From contig CM075991.1 of the NCBI GenBank assembly GCA_038087875.1, positions 5,146,001 to 5,210,000 on the forward strand: a stretch of DNA of 64,000 bases, read 5' to 3'. A program made the translations under genes and the position numbers. This stretch comes from Malacoraja senta. Taxonomy: Eukaryota. Of this stretch, positions 15,071 through 28,782 are shown in pieces. Numbering within the stretch: position 1 is the stretch's first letter; each line of letters starts with the position of its first letter. Under the pieces are notes generated by a model. The model saw only the letters and a program-made list of their open reading frames with translations, was not told where the DNA came from and did no database searches.

Positions 15071-18000
15071 GGAAATAATTACAGACTATGAGGTCCTGTT
15101 TTGCAGGAAGACGTGCCAGTCATTTTATGGACCGCAGAATCGCATAAAACATAAAGTAACAATGTTCTGTAACTGCTTTTTGATGGCACAGGCTTGGTGG
15201 GCTAAAATGACCTATGCTGTAAGGCACTGTGGAAATATATTGATTGAACACTAAATTTTAGGCTATTAATCCAGTAAATTGGAGTTATACTTTAACGGGA
15301 AGATAAATCAAAAACAAATCTACACAGTCTTAAAATGCTGGAGGATGTGGATGAACAGGGAGGTAGAAAGGTTTAATTAATGGTCTTATTTTAAAAAAAC
15401 AGCGTGTGGGTGGACAAAGCCAAAAAATAAAAAAGGTTTGCCTTTCTGATCTCTCCTAATTGATCGTGATTAACCCCTTATCTCTGGAATCTCATCGCTA
15501 AACCTTTCCAACCGTCTTTTCTCCTTTAAGATATCCTTTAAAATCTACCGAGTCAAAAACATTTTTGATTGATAGGCCCAATGTCTCCTTGCACAATTCA
15601 TTTTTTGCTGAGCGTTTGGGTCACATTGATCCCTCTGTATGTTGTACCAATCTGATAAACACAATGTGAAAGGCACGTTGTTAAGAGCTATATTTTGTAG
15701 AACATTTATTTCCCAGTCTCAAAACAGGATGTCAGCCGTTCAAGATTGAGATAAGAAATGTCTTCATCCAAATGGCACTAAAGTTTTGAAATTCATTACC
15801 CAGGATAGGTCGAGAGGCTCAAGAGCTGGGTATATACAAGAATGAGGTTAACATTGTTTGGATCTTAATATCATCGAGAAGCCTCCCCACCTTAGTTACT
15901 CTCTCATCCCGCAGCTACCATCAAGAAGAAGGTACATGAAACTAGGAATCATTACCGCCAGGTTCAAGAACAGCACCATCTTAAACCATCCTGGTCAACC
16001 CTACCTTAACACCAAACTATTATGGATTTTGTATCGGGTTTTACCACATAGTGTGTGGCTTGCACTATTGTTAGGTTTAGAGATGCAGTGCGGAAACAGG
16101 CTTTTCAGCCTACCGTGTCCGCGCTGACCAGCGATCTCCCTACACTAACATTATCCTACACAATAGGAACAATTTACAGTTATTACTGAAGCCAATTAAC
16201 CCATGAACCTGCACGTCTTTGGAGTGTGGGAGGAAACCAGGGGGCCCAGAAAAAAACCCCACACAGTCACGAGGGGGAACGAACAAACTCCGTACAGATA
16301 GCACCCATAGTCAGTATCGAACCCAGGTCTATGGTGTTGCAAGTCAACAATTCTACCATTGTGGTCCAGCTTACCTGCGTATTTATTGCGTATTTATTTG
16401 TTGTGTTGTTGCATTTAATATGCCTGTATAGTTGCAGCAAGGAAGGATTTGTGTTCCAGTCGTGGTACATATCACCGTTAAACACTCTTGATTCTTGCCT
16501 GGAATGGTGGAGTAAGTGTGAGTTAGGTCAAATAGCCTGCTCTTGCATCTATATCTTTCGTATGTATCTTTTCAAACCCGTAGCCATTACCACATCCACA
16601 TAAAGAAGAATTATAGAGGTTAAAATCCAGTACTTTCACGAACTTGGAATGAATAGACATCAAGCGCTGAAGACTAGCCAAGCTGTCAGGGAGTTTCAGA
16701 AGGAATTGAATCATTAAGACTTCTCCTGGTGCTTACGAAATATCGAGCCAGTTGAGTCCAAGGCTGGACACAGAATGTCTTCCTGAACAGTCCATTCAAT
16801 TAATAATCTGTGTGCTTTTACAATAAAGGAATGTAGCTGAAGGCAAACAGCCATTGGAAACATGTCAACCGTCTTGACAAAACATTGACTACTTCCAATC
16901 CAATCCATTCAAAGGCCCAGCGAGTGTCTGATGGCACACTGCTTGACAGTCTGTTCTGAAGCCATTTTGTTGTATCAGTTTCCTTTCATTAAATATTGGC
17001 ACGGATAGCATGGTCCCACCTTTCCAATGAGATACTAAACTACTGCTCCCAGCTGCCCTTGAAGCGGATAAGAAATTTTCCATTGCACCATTTGAGAAAG
17101 TGCAGGGAATTTATCACTCCTTCTACCCTGGGCAATATGTATTCCTCAATCAACCTTATAAAAAAATTATTATATTCTCTTTATCACGTTGCTCTTTATT
17201 GGAGCTTGCCGAGCACAAATTAGCAGACATCTTTCCAAATTTCATTTGGGTGCTTCAAAACATACTGAAAGGGATAGGAAAGGTGCTATCAAAATGCAAG
17301 CCTTCTGACTCGAACCTAATATCAAAGTGCTGGAGGAACGCAGAGGAGGGGCATCAAGAACAAGAGGACATGGGTTTTCGGTGAGAGAGAAAAGATTGAA
17401 TTGGGATCTGAGGGGCAAGTTTTCCACACAGAGGTAGTGGTTATATGGGTCTGAGGAAGGTATCTCAACCCGAAACATCACCTGTTCCTTTTCTCCAGAG
17501 ATGTTGCCTGACCCGCTAAGTTACTCCGGCATTTTGTGTCTATCTTTACTGGATATATGGAATGAGCTGACAGAGGATGTAGTTGACGCAGATACTTCAT
17601 AGAAACATAGAAATATAGAAAATAGGTGCAAGAGGAGGCCATTTGGCCCTTCGAGCCAGCACCGCCATCCATTGTGATCATGGCTGATCATCCACAATCA
17701 GTACCCCGTGCTTGCCTTCTCCCCATAACCCTTGATTCCGCTAGCCCCTAATTTGGACATTTGGACAAGTACACAAATAGGAAAGGTTTAGTGGGTCAAA
17801 CTCAGGCAGGGGTGCTAGTGTAGATGGGGCAGCTTGGTCAGCACGGGCAAGTTGGGCCGAAGGGCCTGTTTCCTTGCTGTATGACTTTTTAACTCTAACT
17901 CAGCAGGCAAGGTAGTCTCTGCTGCGGGAAATGGACAGACCACCAGTTGGGTCGGGATATCCTTCTTTGGACTGAACGAACATCGACTGCCCATTTCCCT

Positions 18001-18081
18001 CCACAGATGCTGCCTGACCCGCAGAGTACCTCCATCGGTTTGTTTTTTTGCTCAGGATTCCTGCATCTGCAGCCTCTTGCA

Positions 18082-18082
<1 letters not shown>

Positions 18083-18114
<32 letters not shown>
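18083..18114. repeat. (TC)n microsatellite
   Basis: Direct observation. Confidence 0.9.
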
Positions 18115-18117
<3 letters not shown>

Positions 18118-18857
18118 GCTGCTGAACTCCTCAACTCTCTGAGGCCTTCAATGTCATTCGTGTCCGTTTTTACAGATGGCAGCAACTGCTATCTGAGAGC
18201 CCATTGTTTGAGAATCTGTGCAAACGATAAAACAACAAAAGGTGGAAAGACGAGAGGGGATGACTTGTGTCTGGGCCGGCTAATCATATTTCTGGAATTG
18301 TGCTTTGCTTTGGAGGCCACACGGCAATGATGATGAATGAAGCAAACTTAGTACTCGCCTTTAACCGGGGGCTGACTGATGACACCCTGTTACTCTAGGG
18401 GGCTGCTGAATGTTTCGAGATCACAGACCAGATGAAGTGTAGCGAACTGGCTGTTGGACAGATGTTTTTAATCCGGCCCCATTACTGCGGTTTAAAATAG
18501 AGCAGATATTTCCATTAATCAGCTTTCATGTCCTCGTGAGATTGCAACTCGCTTTTCAACCTACATGACGCAGTGACATCGCGGCTGCCTCACTGCTCCA
18601 GCGACCCAGGTTCAATCCCGACCTCCACTGCTGTCGGCGCGGGGTTTGCACGATCTCCCTGTGACCGCATGGATCTCTCTGGGTTCCCTGGTCTGGTTTC
18701 CTCCTGCAATATCAACTTGCACATGGGTCAGTGGGTTAATCAGCGTTTGTAACTTAGACCGAATGTGTAGTAGGATTTGGGGAGAGTTGATAGGAGTGTG
18801 GAAAGAACAAAAAGGGATTAATGCCACTGGATCGAACCCAAGACGACCCAAGTCGAC

Positions 18858-19272
18858 TGGGCTTATATTCACTGGAATTTAGAATGATCAGAGGGGATCT
18901 TATAGAATTCTTAAGGGATTGGACAGGCTAGATGCAGGAAAAATGTTCCCGATGTTGGGGGAGGCCAGAACCAGGGGTCACAGTTTAAGAATGAGGGGTA
19001 GGCCATTTAGAACTGAGATGAGGAAAAACTTTTTCACCCAGAGAGTTGCGAATCTGTGGAATTCGCTGCCACAGAAGGCAGTGGAAGCCAATTCACTGGA
19101 TGTTTTCAAGAGAGAGTTAGATATAGCTCTTATGGCTAACGGAGTCAAGGGATATGGGGAGAAAGCAGGAACAGGGTACTGATTTTGGATGATCAGCCAT
19201 GATCATATTGAATGGTGGTGCTGGCTCAAAGGGCTGGATGGCCTACTCCTGCACCTATTTTCTATGTTTCTA
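18858..19272 (+). mobile_element. CR1 (HER1-like) LINE 3' fragment
   Basis: DRLDAGKMFPMLGEARTRGHSLRMRGRPFRTEMRKNFFTQRVANLWNSLP; (TTTCTATG) tail. Similar copies at ~36010-36300, 53515-53757, 53885-54245, 57045-57437 (+). Confidence 0.88.
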
Positions 19273-19527
19273 AGTCTCTGGCACGGTGATGCGGCAGCTC
19301 TACCAGCTGCACCACTGTGCCGTTCTGTAGATGCACAAACCATCTACATTTTGCAGTGACTCAGTCTTTGTTCTTATTGATGCCTAATTGGGCAAACCAG
19401 CATTCTGCAAATGCAACAATTCCTCCTTGTAGATATTGTGATGTTTCTCAGTGTAATAACTAACCTCTGATCCTGAGACACACAAGAAGCATACTGTAAG
19501 TACCTGCAACAACATTCATAGATGTTT

Positions 19528-20020
19528 TGCTCAGCGGGACAGGCAGTATCTCCGGACAGATGGAATGGGTGACATTTCGGGTCGAGACCCTTCTTCAGAC
19601 TGAAAGTCAGGGGAGAGGGAGACACAGAGATAAGGAAGTGCAAGGTGTGAGATTGAGACATCAAATGGGGATCAAGGAACATGTAGAATAGATCATTGTT
19701 AGCTCGGAGAAGGTGACAACAAAGCAAACAGAGATAAAATGTAATCAGGGAGAGAGTCAAACTGGTCAGAAAACCGGGATGGGGGAAGGATAGAGAGAGA
19801 GGGTTACTTGAAGTTAGAGGAATCAATATTCATACTGCTGGGGTGTAAGCTGCCCAAGTGATATATGAGGTGCTGTTCCTCCAATTTGTGCTAGGCCTCA
19901 CACTGACAATGGAGGAGGCCCAGGACAAAAAGGTCAGTGTGGGAATGAGATGGGGAGTTAAAGAGTTTTGCAACCGGGAGATCAAGAAGGTTTAGGCAGA
20001 ATGAGCGGAGGTCAGTCTGC
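19528..20020 (-). mobile_element. Penelope-like element 3' fragment (endonuclease C-terminus + pLTR with hammerhead-like motif)
   Basis: Minus strand reads KLEEQHLIYHLGSLHPSSMNIDSSNFK* followed by CTGAAGAAGGGTCTCGACCCGAAATGTC. Confidence 0.75.
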
Positions 20021-21202
20021 CTAAACCTACCTGATTTCCTGGTCGGAGGAACAGCTCCCCATATTTCGCTTGAGTAGCTTACACCCCAGCGGTATGAGTG
20101 CTGGTCGGCATGAACTCGGTGGACCGAAGGGCCTGTTTCCATGCCCTAACTCTAAACTAAGTTAAACTAAACTTAACAGTCAACGTGAAAAATTTTTTTT
20201 TAAGCTTTTGTAATCTTTTTGTAATTTAAAAAATTCCAAAAATGGTGAAAATCTATTTTATCACTTTTTAGAGATGTTGGCACAATGTCACAATAAAAGC
20301 CCCAGTCATAATATTATATTGTATTTGGTTCATTGCTCTATATCGTTCTACTTGGATTGCTTTTTAAACCACTCCAGCTTTATGCCTCTTCTTTCAAACT
20401 TGCCTCCTAACTTCAGCTCTAACATACATAGTGCTGGAGTAACTCAGCGGGTCAGGCAAGAAGGATCTCGGCCCATAACGTCACCCATTCTTATTCTCCA
20501 GAGATGCTGCCTGACCCGCCCGGCTACTCCAGCACTTTGAGTCAGTCTTCAGTATAAACCAGTATCTGCAGTACTTTGTTTCTACATTTTGTTCTGCTCG
20601 GTTTCCTTTGTTGGATCAACTCCAAAGCTCCCAATTCCACCATAAATGTTGAAAATACTCGGCAGGTGTAAAGAGAAACCCAGTTAATGTTTCAGGTTGA
20701 AAATCTTCATCTCGATAATTCAATTATTTTGCAGTTTAAACAAAAAATTCAGTTCTGCCACGTCTGGTTTGATCTGATCTCCTACTGTACGTATTGTCTG
20801 ATATTAATAGGTCCACTGTGCTAATAATTCGTAGAATCTGGAGAGCTTGTTTTTCCTTAACAAGGAACGTTTATTACATATTTCACAGTTTACAAAATAC
20901 AGCTTGAATCAAAACTGCTCTTAAGGCAGTTTGGAAGCAGGTTACAACATCATAAGGTGTATAAACAATGCACTTGAATCTCCACGGTGATCAGCATTCA
21001 CGGAAGGCCTCCAGAGTCCACATGGACAGCCCGTGCTCCTCCAGAGAGCTTTTCAATCCCCTTCACATTGCTGTGTCTTCTGTCAAAGCATCCAACTCAA
21101 GCACCACATGATTCAATCCATTCAGTGGTCCTGCAGGCAACCAAACACCTTCAAGCCAGAAGCTCTTTGTTAAAACATGTACAGCTTCAGCTCAAATCAT
21201 AT

Positions 21203-21520
21203 TTTAGTTTAAGTTAAGAAATACAGCGTGGAAATAGGCCCTTCGGCCCATCGAGTCCACGCCAACTATTGATCACCCGCACACTAGTTCCATGTTATCC
21301 CACTTTTGCATCCTACGCACTAGGGGCAATTAACAGAAGCCAATTAACCTACAGACCTAAATGTCTTTGGGAGGTGGGAAGAAGCCAGGGCACCCGAGGA
21401 AAACCCACGAGGTCCCAGGGAGAACATACAACTTCTGCACAGACAGCACCCATAGTCAAGATCGAACCGGGGTCGCTGGTGCTGTGAGGCAGCAAGTCTA
21501 CTACTGCGCCACTGTGCCAT
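21203..21520 (-). mobile_element. V-SINE (HE1-like)
   Basis: Full-length reverse copy; further reverse copies at ~16072-16365, 25283-25565, 30200-30520, 59815-60087. Confidence 0.85.
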
Positions 21521-24135
21521 TCTAGCAACAGACCTAATTGAATATACCTCTCTGTAGCACTCTCTGCCCAGTCTCTTGCCTTCTATATTGTCACCCTGAA
21601 ACTTCTGCCAACTAGCCAATCTCATGAGGTCCAGTGTCACAGACGCCTCCACATTGCATGTCTGACAGCTTAAAGCCAAACACTACCGCTAACCTGATCT
21701 GGGCTCAGCTGAGACACAAATAATATCTTCAATTATCCCGATTCAGGTTACACTCGTTAATTTGCGTCTATTGTCCAAAGCTACAGAATCTAAATCGAGT
21801 GGAAACTCTTGCTCAGCGTGCCAGGTACAGTTGCAATATCAGAAGACCCGCATTTTCCAATCGCCAACATCCCTTAGCTTCCAAGACTAGCTCTCAACAG
21901 GCACGATTTTCCACAACACTTTATTTGACTGCAGTCTTTTTCAGAGATGGTTAGCAACAATTACAATTTGCAAGGCATTTTGTTGGTGAGTGCTCTCTGG
22001 TACAGGAGGTACACTGTAACTTGGCTGGGCTACAGTCGTTGAGACAGGGAGACCCATTTAGGGCTGCAGGCAAGTGTTGGGGACGATGTCGGTGAGGGTC
22101 ACTGGATAATGTGAGGGAAAACCAAATACCTTTATATCGGGTAGCACGGTGGCACAGCAGGAGAGCCGCTGCCTTACAAGTGCCAAAGATCTGGGTTCGA
22201 TCCTGCCTACGGGTGCTGTCTGGGCGGACTTTGTATATTCACCTTGTGACCGCGTGGGTTTTCTCCAGGTCCTCAGGTTTCTTTCCACATCCAAAAAGTG
22301 TGTGAGTTTGCCTCCTGTAAATTGCCCCTCTGTGTGAGAATGTCAAAGAGGGTTAACCAGGAGCTAGTGTACCATTGATCGATGGTCGGATTGGACTCGG
22401 TGGGCTGAAGGGTCTGTTTCCATGCTGTACCACAAGAAAAAAGAAGAAAGACATCTTACTGTCTATTAGGAAAGACCCAGGTGAGCTCATACCTGCAATT
22501 CTAGTAAAATCTTGCATTTACTGTAGTTTTAGTTCAGAGAAACATTTTCCTCATTGGAAGTTCTAACTTCCAAACTTCCAATTCTTTAATCGGATTGTCC
22601 CCTCCGTGCACTAAATGTTGTTCCCTTTATCCTTAATCTGTACACTGTGGACGGCTTGATTAAATTCATGTATAGTCTTTTCTTTGACAGGATAGCGTGC
22701 AAGCAAAATCTTTTCACTGTACTTTGGTATCCGTGCCAATAATAAACTAAACTAAACTAAACACATAGAGTGAAATCAGGAGGAAAGAGATTTTCCAATT
22801 GGGATACTCTTGCAATGAGCAAGCACAACCTGAAGAGCCTGATTGTCTCCTTTGTGCCATATGACTTCTATCTTCATAGGACAATAAAGTTATCAACCAT
22901 TGCTGCCAAGTCAGAGATCCTATCTCAAGCTTGCTTGAGGAATCCTGAGCTACATTGAGTGACTTTCAGGATTTAAAACGCAAGGACGATTTGTTCTGTC
23001 CCAGACATTGTGTTTGCTACTTTCCGCCGTAACACAAGCCTCTGCTGCTCCCATAACACGCCTTGATCAAGTATACATCATCCCTTGGACTGGAAACACT
23101 GCTAAACCGCTCAGTGTTTGGCAGATTGAACAAAGGCATTTATCAATCCCGAAAATCGCACTTGGCTAGTCGGGACTTGCTGTGCTGCTGAGCACAATTT
23201 CTAACAAAGTTTTTGTCTAAGGAACGAGATCCATAGTTTTGGGCCGTAAAGACAATGTGGAGGAGATAAGAGAGCCGGAGAGATTTACGGGCGTCCAGAA
23301 CTCGGAGGTCTTTGTGACTGAACGATTAACATCAAGGAAATCAGACGAGGCCAGAATGTGATGTGTGGGGATCTCGGAGGGTTATGGAGCTGGAGCACAC
23401 AACAGCAGAGCAAAGACACATAAAGAAGCGGAAACAGAGACTAATAGAGCAGGAAAGCTTTTTGACGTGGAGCCAGGGAGCACAGGGATAATGGATGAAC
23501 AGTAACTGATGTGGCTCAATGCCTGTGTGCCAAATTAGGCCGCAAAATACAGTGGGCTGATTATATCCTGAATCATAGATGGACACAAAATGCTGGAGTA
23601 ACCGAGCGGGACAGGCAGCATCTCTGGAGAGAAGGAATAGATGACGTTTTGGGTCAAGACCCTGAATCTGTCTGAAGGTCTCGACCTGAAACCCCATCAA
23701 TTCCTTCTCTCCTGGGATGCTGCCTGTCCCGCTGAGTTACTCCAGCATTTTGTGTCTATCTTCGGTTTAAACCAGCATCTACAGTTCCTTCCTACACATA
23801 TACTGATTCATCCTGATTAATTCGCTTCAGTAGCAGTGCCACTGATATATTATCTTGCAGAATGTTAGCACAAGTAAAAAATATTGAGAGTTGACAAGCA
23901 ATTTATGTCTTAATTAAAATAAAACTGGCGCAATAAATAGTTGGGAAGAATCTTCTCTGGTTCTTTAAAAGAAATAATGCATGTATCGGAAAAACAGAGG
24001 GTCTAATCCTTCTGTTTGAAGAACAAAGCTTGAGCAAGTTATGATTCCAATATTGGATGTATCACAGGAACGTTCGTTGAATCTGCTTTGCTTTAACCCA
24101 CATTGTTTACTTCATGTGAGAGCTTAATATGCTAA

Positions 24136-24492
24136 AGGGCCTGTCCTACTGTACGAGGTAAATCAAGAGTTCTCCCGAGTTTTCCCCTGATTCGAACTCG
24201 GAGAATGTCCGTAGCGGGTCCGTAGGAGTTCGTAAATGTCCCGTAGCGGCTCGTACGAGTAACGGTAGGTACTCGGGAAATCCGATAAACTCGTGACGTA
24301 TTTTCAACACTGTGAAAAATGTCGACGAGTAAAAAAATACTCGTGATGAAAAGAATTGTTACTTTTTACTCGTACGAGCCGCTACGAGACATCCACGAAC
24401 TCCTACGGACTCGCTACGGACATTCTCCGAGTTCGAATCAGGGGTAAACTCAGGAGAACTCTTGAATTACCTCGTACAGTGGGACAGGCCCT
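24136..24492. mobile_element. PIF/Harbinger-like fold-back MITE
   Basis: ~125-bp inverted arms starting AGGGCCTGTCCTACTGTACGAGGTAA and ending TTACCTCGTACAGTGGGACAGGCCCT; flanks TAA/TTA. Confidence 0.88.
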
Positions 24493-25934
24493 TTATTCAT
24501 TTACACGGCAAAGGATTTAACTTTGCTGCAAGTTTAATCTGGAATAATCAGAAGCCAAGCACCAAGAAAGTCTCGGGCCTGAGAAGCCAAAATTCTTTCA
24601 TCTCCATCCAGCTGGGTTAAGACAAGAGCCACACTTTATATTTTTCTGGTACTCTTATAATCAATCAAATCCCTTTGATATAACCTGAAATCTTTTTAAA
24701 GTTTGCTAATCCAAGTAGTGATTAACTTTTTTTTAACTTCAGGGAATATCTAAGTACTAAATCCAAAGGCCGTGGATGTTGTAAAGCAACCACCGACAGA
24801 GATTGATGGACTTCATCCCTGCTATTCCTGCCTCCGTTATTCCCATGCACATCTGCCTGCCTTCGTCCATCCTTCAAGTCATCCTAATCCCTTCTGCCCC
24901 TGTGTCTTGCCAAGTTTTGCTCACCTTTCACCTCTGTGCTTGCCAATGGCCCTGCTTCATGAATTCAAAAGCTCTAAGCTGCTTCCTCGAACTCTCCAAG
25001 AATTTAATCAACCGACTGCACCTTCAGGCCCTAAGCTCTGTTATTCCCTCGTTGAACCTCACCACTTCCAGCCTTAAAACACATCTCCACAGTCTCCTCT
25101 TTGACCATGATTTCAGTTGTGAACTTTCCTCGTGCAAGAACACGTCTTTATTGAATAATTCTCCTTTGAAGAGCCTGATGAAAGGAAGTAGGATTTACAG
25201 TAAATGACTTTCCATGGATCTCTGAGTCACCAGTGCCGACCTATAGATCCCCGCTTCAGTAACATCACCATCATGCCACTTACTTTAGTTTAGTTTAGAG
25301 ATACAGAGCGAAAACAGGCCCTTCGGCTTACCGAGTGCACCGACCACTAACACAACCCTACATACTTTACAATCTTTACCGAAGCCAATTAACCTACAAA
25401 CCTGTACATCTTTGGAATGTACAAGGAAACCAGAGCACCCGGGAAAACCCACGAGGTCACAGGGAGAATGTACAAATTCCGTATAGACAGCACCCATAGT
25501 CAGGATCGAACCCAGGTCTCTGGCGCTGTCAGGCAGCAGCTTTACTGCTGCGCCACCATGCCACCCACTAAATATTACATTTAATCTGGGTGTTCTGCCA
25601 TACTAAAGTTCATGGAGTCATAGAGAGATACAGCATGGAAATATTCCCTTTGGCCCATCAGGTCTGTACCCATTTTATGGGTGACATGGTGGCACAGTGG
25701 AACAAATGGTACAATTGCTGTCTCACAGTGTCAGAGGCCTGGGTTCGATCCTGCACAGCTTTGTAATGATATTTCATCTTGAAAAGTTTTCGGAAGGAAT
25801 ATCATTTGCCAACTTTTAAATGTATCAAATTCTATCAAAGGTATAGAGCATGTATTGTCTTTCTGGTTGACTGGTTTGCATGCAACAAAAGCTTTTCACT
25901 GTACCATGGTACACGTGACAGTAAACTTACCACT

Positions 25935-26270
25935 CATGTGGCCCCTGGAGTGATATCCCTTCCCTCGTTTGAGGGCGTCACCACCATTCCCTGCCCTGCA
26001 ATGCCCCGCTGCGGAAGGACTGGAGACTGTGGTCCTCCCCCACAGAGCCTTGGCGTTGGCTGCACCGAGCTTCAGTGCGTTCCTCAGCACGTACTCCTGC
26101 ATTCTGGAATGGGCCAGTCGGCAACATTCCCTGACGGACATCTCTTTCTACTGTGGGACCAAAAGTTTCAGGCAGAACAAAGAGCATCTTTCACCGACCT
26201 GATGATCTTCCAACAGCACTTGATGTCCGGGTGGAATGGCGGGGTCACTATTGACTTCAGTGTTTGGTCT
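25935..26270 (-). mobile_element. Tx1-type LINE ORF2 C-terminal fragment
   Basis: KCCWKIIRSVKDAL.SARN / MSVRECCRLAHSRMQEYVLRNALKLGAANAKALWG with frameshifts; family by recalled similarity. Confidence 0.6.
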
Positions 26271-27676
26271 TAGGACACATTAGACACATCTATCTATTCA
26301 ATGTCCATTGTAATTAAATGTTCCGCATCTTTAGTTCAGATCAATAACATGTCCAAACCTCACTTAAAGAAATGGAAATCTTTGTCAGTAGTGGTTAAGG
26401 CATCCCGTGCCATTCAGAAGAGAACAAGTTTGAGGCTGGCCCTTATGTCAGTGACTTAAGCCGCTTATTAAAAACCGTGAAGTCTGTACTATCATCTGTG
26501 AAAATGTCAGTTTAAACAAATATCTCTTAAACTTGTAATGAAACGGAATGGATAATGCTAGTGTACAGGTGAGAACTGGTTGGTGCAGACTCGGTTGGTC
26601 AAAGGGTCTGTTCCTGTGCTGTATCTCCAAAGTCTAAAGTAAAGTCTAAAGTCTAAATAGGGTGGAATTGATGAGAGAACTAGGAAATGTACGAAAAAAT
26701 GGATTTCTCTGAGAGCTGGCATAAACCCAATGGGCCAAACACCTTTCTTGTATTGCTTGAGAAAGATGAAAGGTTGTATGCAGTAGAAGAGATTGCTGCT
26801 ATGCGGTGTTTAAGCACTCTGTTAAATGACAAGACTTTTTCCTTTGCTGCCTTTTCTCTTGTCATCCAACTCAGTGGCTGAGTTTGAGTAGGCGTTTTAG
26901 TTTATTGTCACGTGTACCAAGGTACAGTGAAAAGTTTTTGTTGCGTGCTAACCAGTCAGCGGAAAGACAATACATGATTCCAATCGAGCCATCCACAGTG
27001 CACAGATACATGATCATTTTAATTAAAATTTAATTGCGGATATTTAATTAAGAGAGAGTCGCAAGGAACTGCAGATGCTGGTTTACCAAAAAAGACACAA
27101 GGTATTGCAATGCAATGGGTCAGACAGCATCTCTGGAAGTCGTGGATAGGTGACATTTCGGATCAGGACCCTTCTTCAGATTTATTTAATTAGTTAGATA
27201 TAAATCCCACGTATGCTGTAGAGGGATTTGAACAGCTCTCTCTGGTTCCTTGCACTATCAAACCCATCGTTTACTGATCAGGAACATTGTCCTGTGGAGT
27301 AAATCTGACAATTCCAATGTGGAAAATATCCAATGTTGAAATGTTGTCGTAAATTGATGGCTTTGGCACAAAGTGACCATGGGGCACTTGGAATCCTCAG
27401 CTTCAAAGGTGGATGGTGCTGCAAGGTTTGTAGTATATGAGATCAGTTCCCCATCTGCTTGCTTCCATTCACATTCTGGAAACCTGGTCTATGGTTCTCT
27501 TCAAACTAATTTTCCATTGTTTGTTTTAGAATCATGACACAAGCCCAAATTGAAGTCTGCAGACTGTTCACCTAAATATATTAAACCTGGGAGCTTTGTC
27601 TACAGCAGACAGGTTCTGGGACCTTTACAAATGTAGTGTTGATGTCGAATGGAGTACAATGGAGCAGGTTAATGAA

Positions 27677-28101
27677 TTAACTCCCCTTCCCATTCCAATA
27701 CTGACCTTTCTGTCCCAGGCCTGCTCCACTGTCAGTGTGAGGCCAAACGCAAATTGGAGGAACAGCATTTTTTATTTATCTTGGGCAGCATACAACCCAG
27801 GATTTGAACGTTGATTTCTTTATTTGCAAGTAACGCCTGCATTTCCCCCTTTTCCCCACCCCGCCCTATCCGTCTGTTCCACTGCTCACATCCTTATATC
27901 ACTTTGTTATCACCTCTTCATCTGTTGCCGGCCCTGCTTCATTCTGGCCTTTTCCTACTGCCAGTTCCCACCCCACTACTTTCAGTGTGAAGAAACATCA
28001 CCTGTCCATTTTCTCCAGAGATGCTTCCTGATCTGCTGAGTTAATCCAGCACTTTGTGTTTATCTTCGGTATATATCAGCATCTGCGGTTCCTTTCTACA
28101 C
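27677..28101 (+). mobile_element. Penelope-like element 3' fragment
   Basis: Homologous to 19528-20020 (RKLEEQH motif; pLTR tail GATGCT..GAGTTAATCCAGCAC); hammerhead core partly deleted. Confidence 0.7.
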
Positions 28102-28188
28102 AATAGAAGGAACCAATTTTCTTTTGGTTCCAATTTGAAACCAATTTGCTTTCATACAATTAACATGTTTTCATTTCAAACCACCTTA

Positions 28189-28752
28189 AAGGCCCGTCCC
28201 ATTATGGCAACCTAATTGGCGAATTTAGAAGAGTTTAGGAGAGTTTGAAAAAGTGTCATGTTGAAGACCTCCTTTGACTATGTAGAAGACCTCCTTCGAC
28301 CTCCTTTGACTATGTTGAAGATTAGCTACGACTAGCTACGGGAAAATTGGACACCGAATAGTGGAGAGTGAAGACGACCTCATTCAATCTCCTTCGACCT
28401 CCCTTCGACTATGTTGAAGACTATCTACGACTACCTTCGATGACCTTCGACTACCCTTCATTACCTACGAATAACATGCCGACCTACTACGATCTACTTC
28501 GACTAAACCTACGAGTAAAATAATATTGATTTTTTCCATGGCGACCTTTTTTTACTCGCGGTCATTTTTCAGCATTTTGAAAAATACGCCGCAACCTAGC
28601 TGAGGCCTCGAGTATGCGAGGACTACTCTCGAGCATACTCGAGAGGAGAGTTACAAAGACCTCCTAGGACCTCGTGTCGACCATGCTGCGAGTGAGTCGA
28701 GGGCAAACTCTTCTACACTCGCCAATTAGGTCACCGCAGTGGGACAGCCCCT
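28189..28752. mobile_element. PIF/Harbinger-like MITE with internal GACCTCCTTCGACTA repeats
   Basis: TIRs GGCCCGTCCCATTATGGCAACCTAATTGGCGA / TCGCCAATTAGGTCACCGCAGTGGGACAGCCCCT. Confidence 0.78.
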
Positions 28753-28782
28753 TTGCGCTCATAATTCCGACCTTTTGACCAC

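Noticed and set aside
16523..16908. Two adjacent minus-strand ORFs in unique sequence
   Set aside because: No recognisable homology or coherent splice structure.
18325..18382. C/D-box-like motifs (ATGATGA...CTGA); also ~46242-46327
   Set aside because: No clear terminal stem, guide sequence or host gene.
20960..21135. Possible minus-strand terminal exon (PLNGLNHVVLELDALTEDTAM*)
   Set aside because: No upstream exons; adjacent sequence resembles a decayed Tx1 ORF2 end.
28250..28510. Short interspersed repeats resembling a CRISPR array
   Set aside because: Irregular internal repeats of a MITE; no unique spacers; eukaryotic context.
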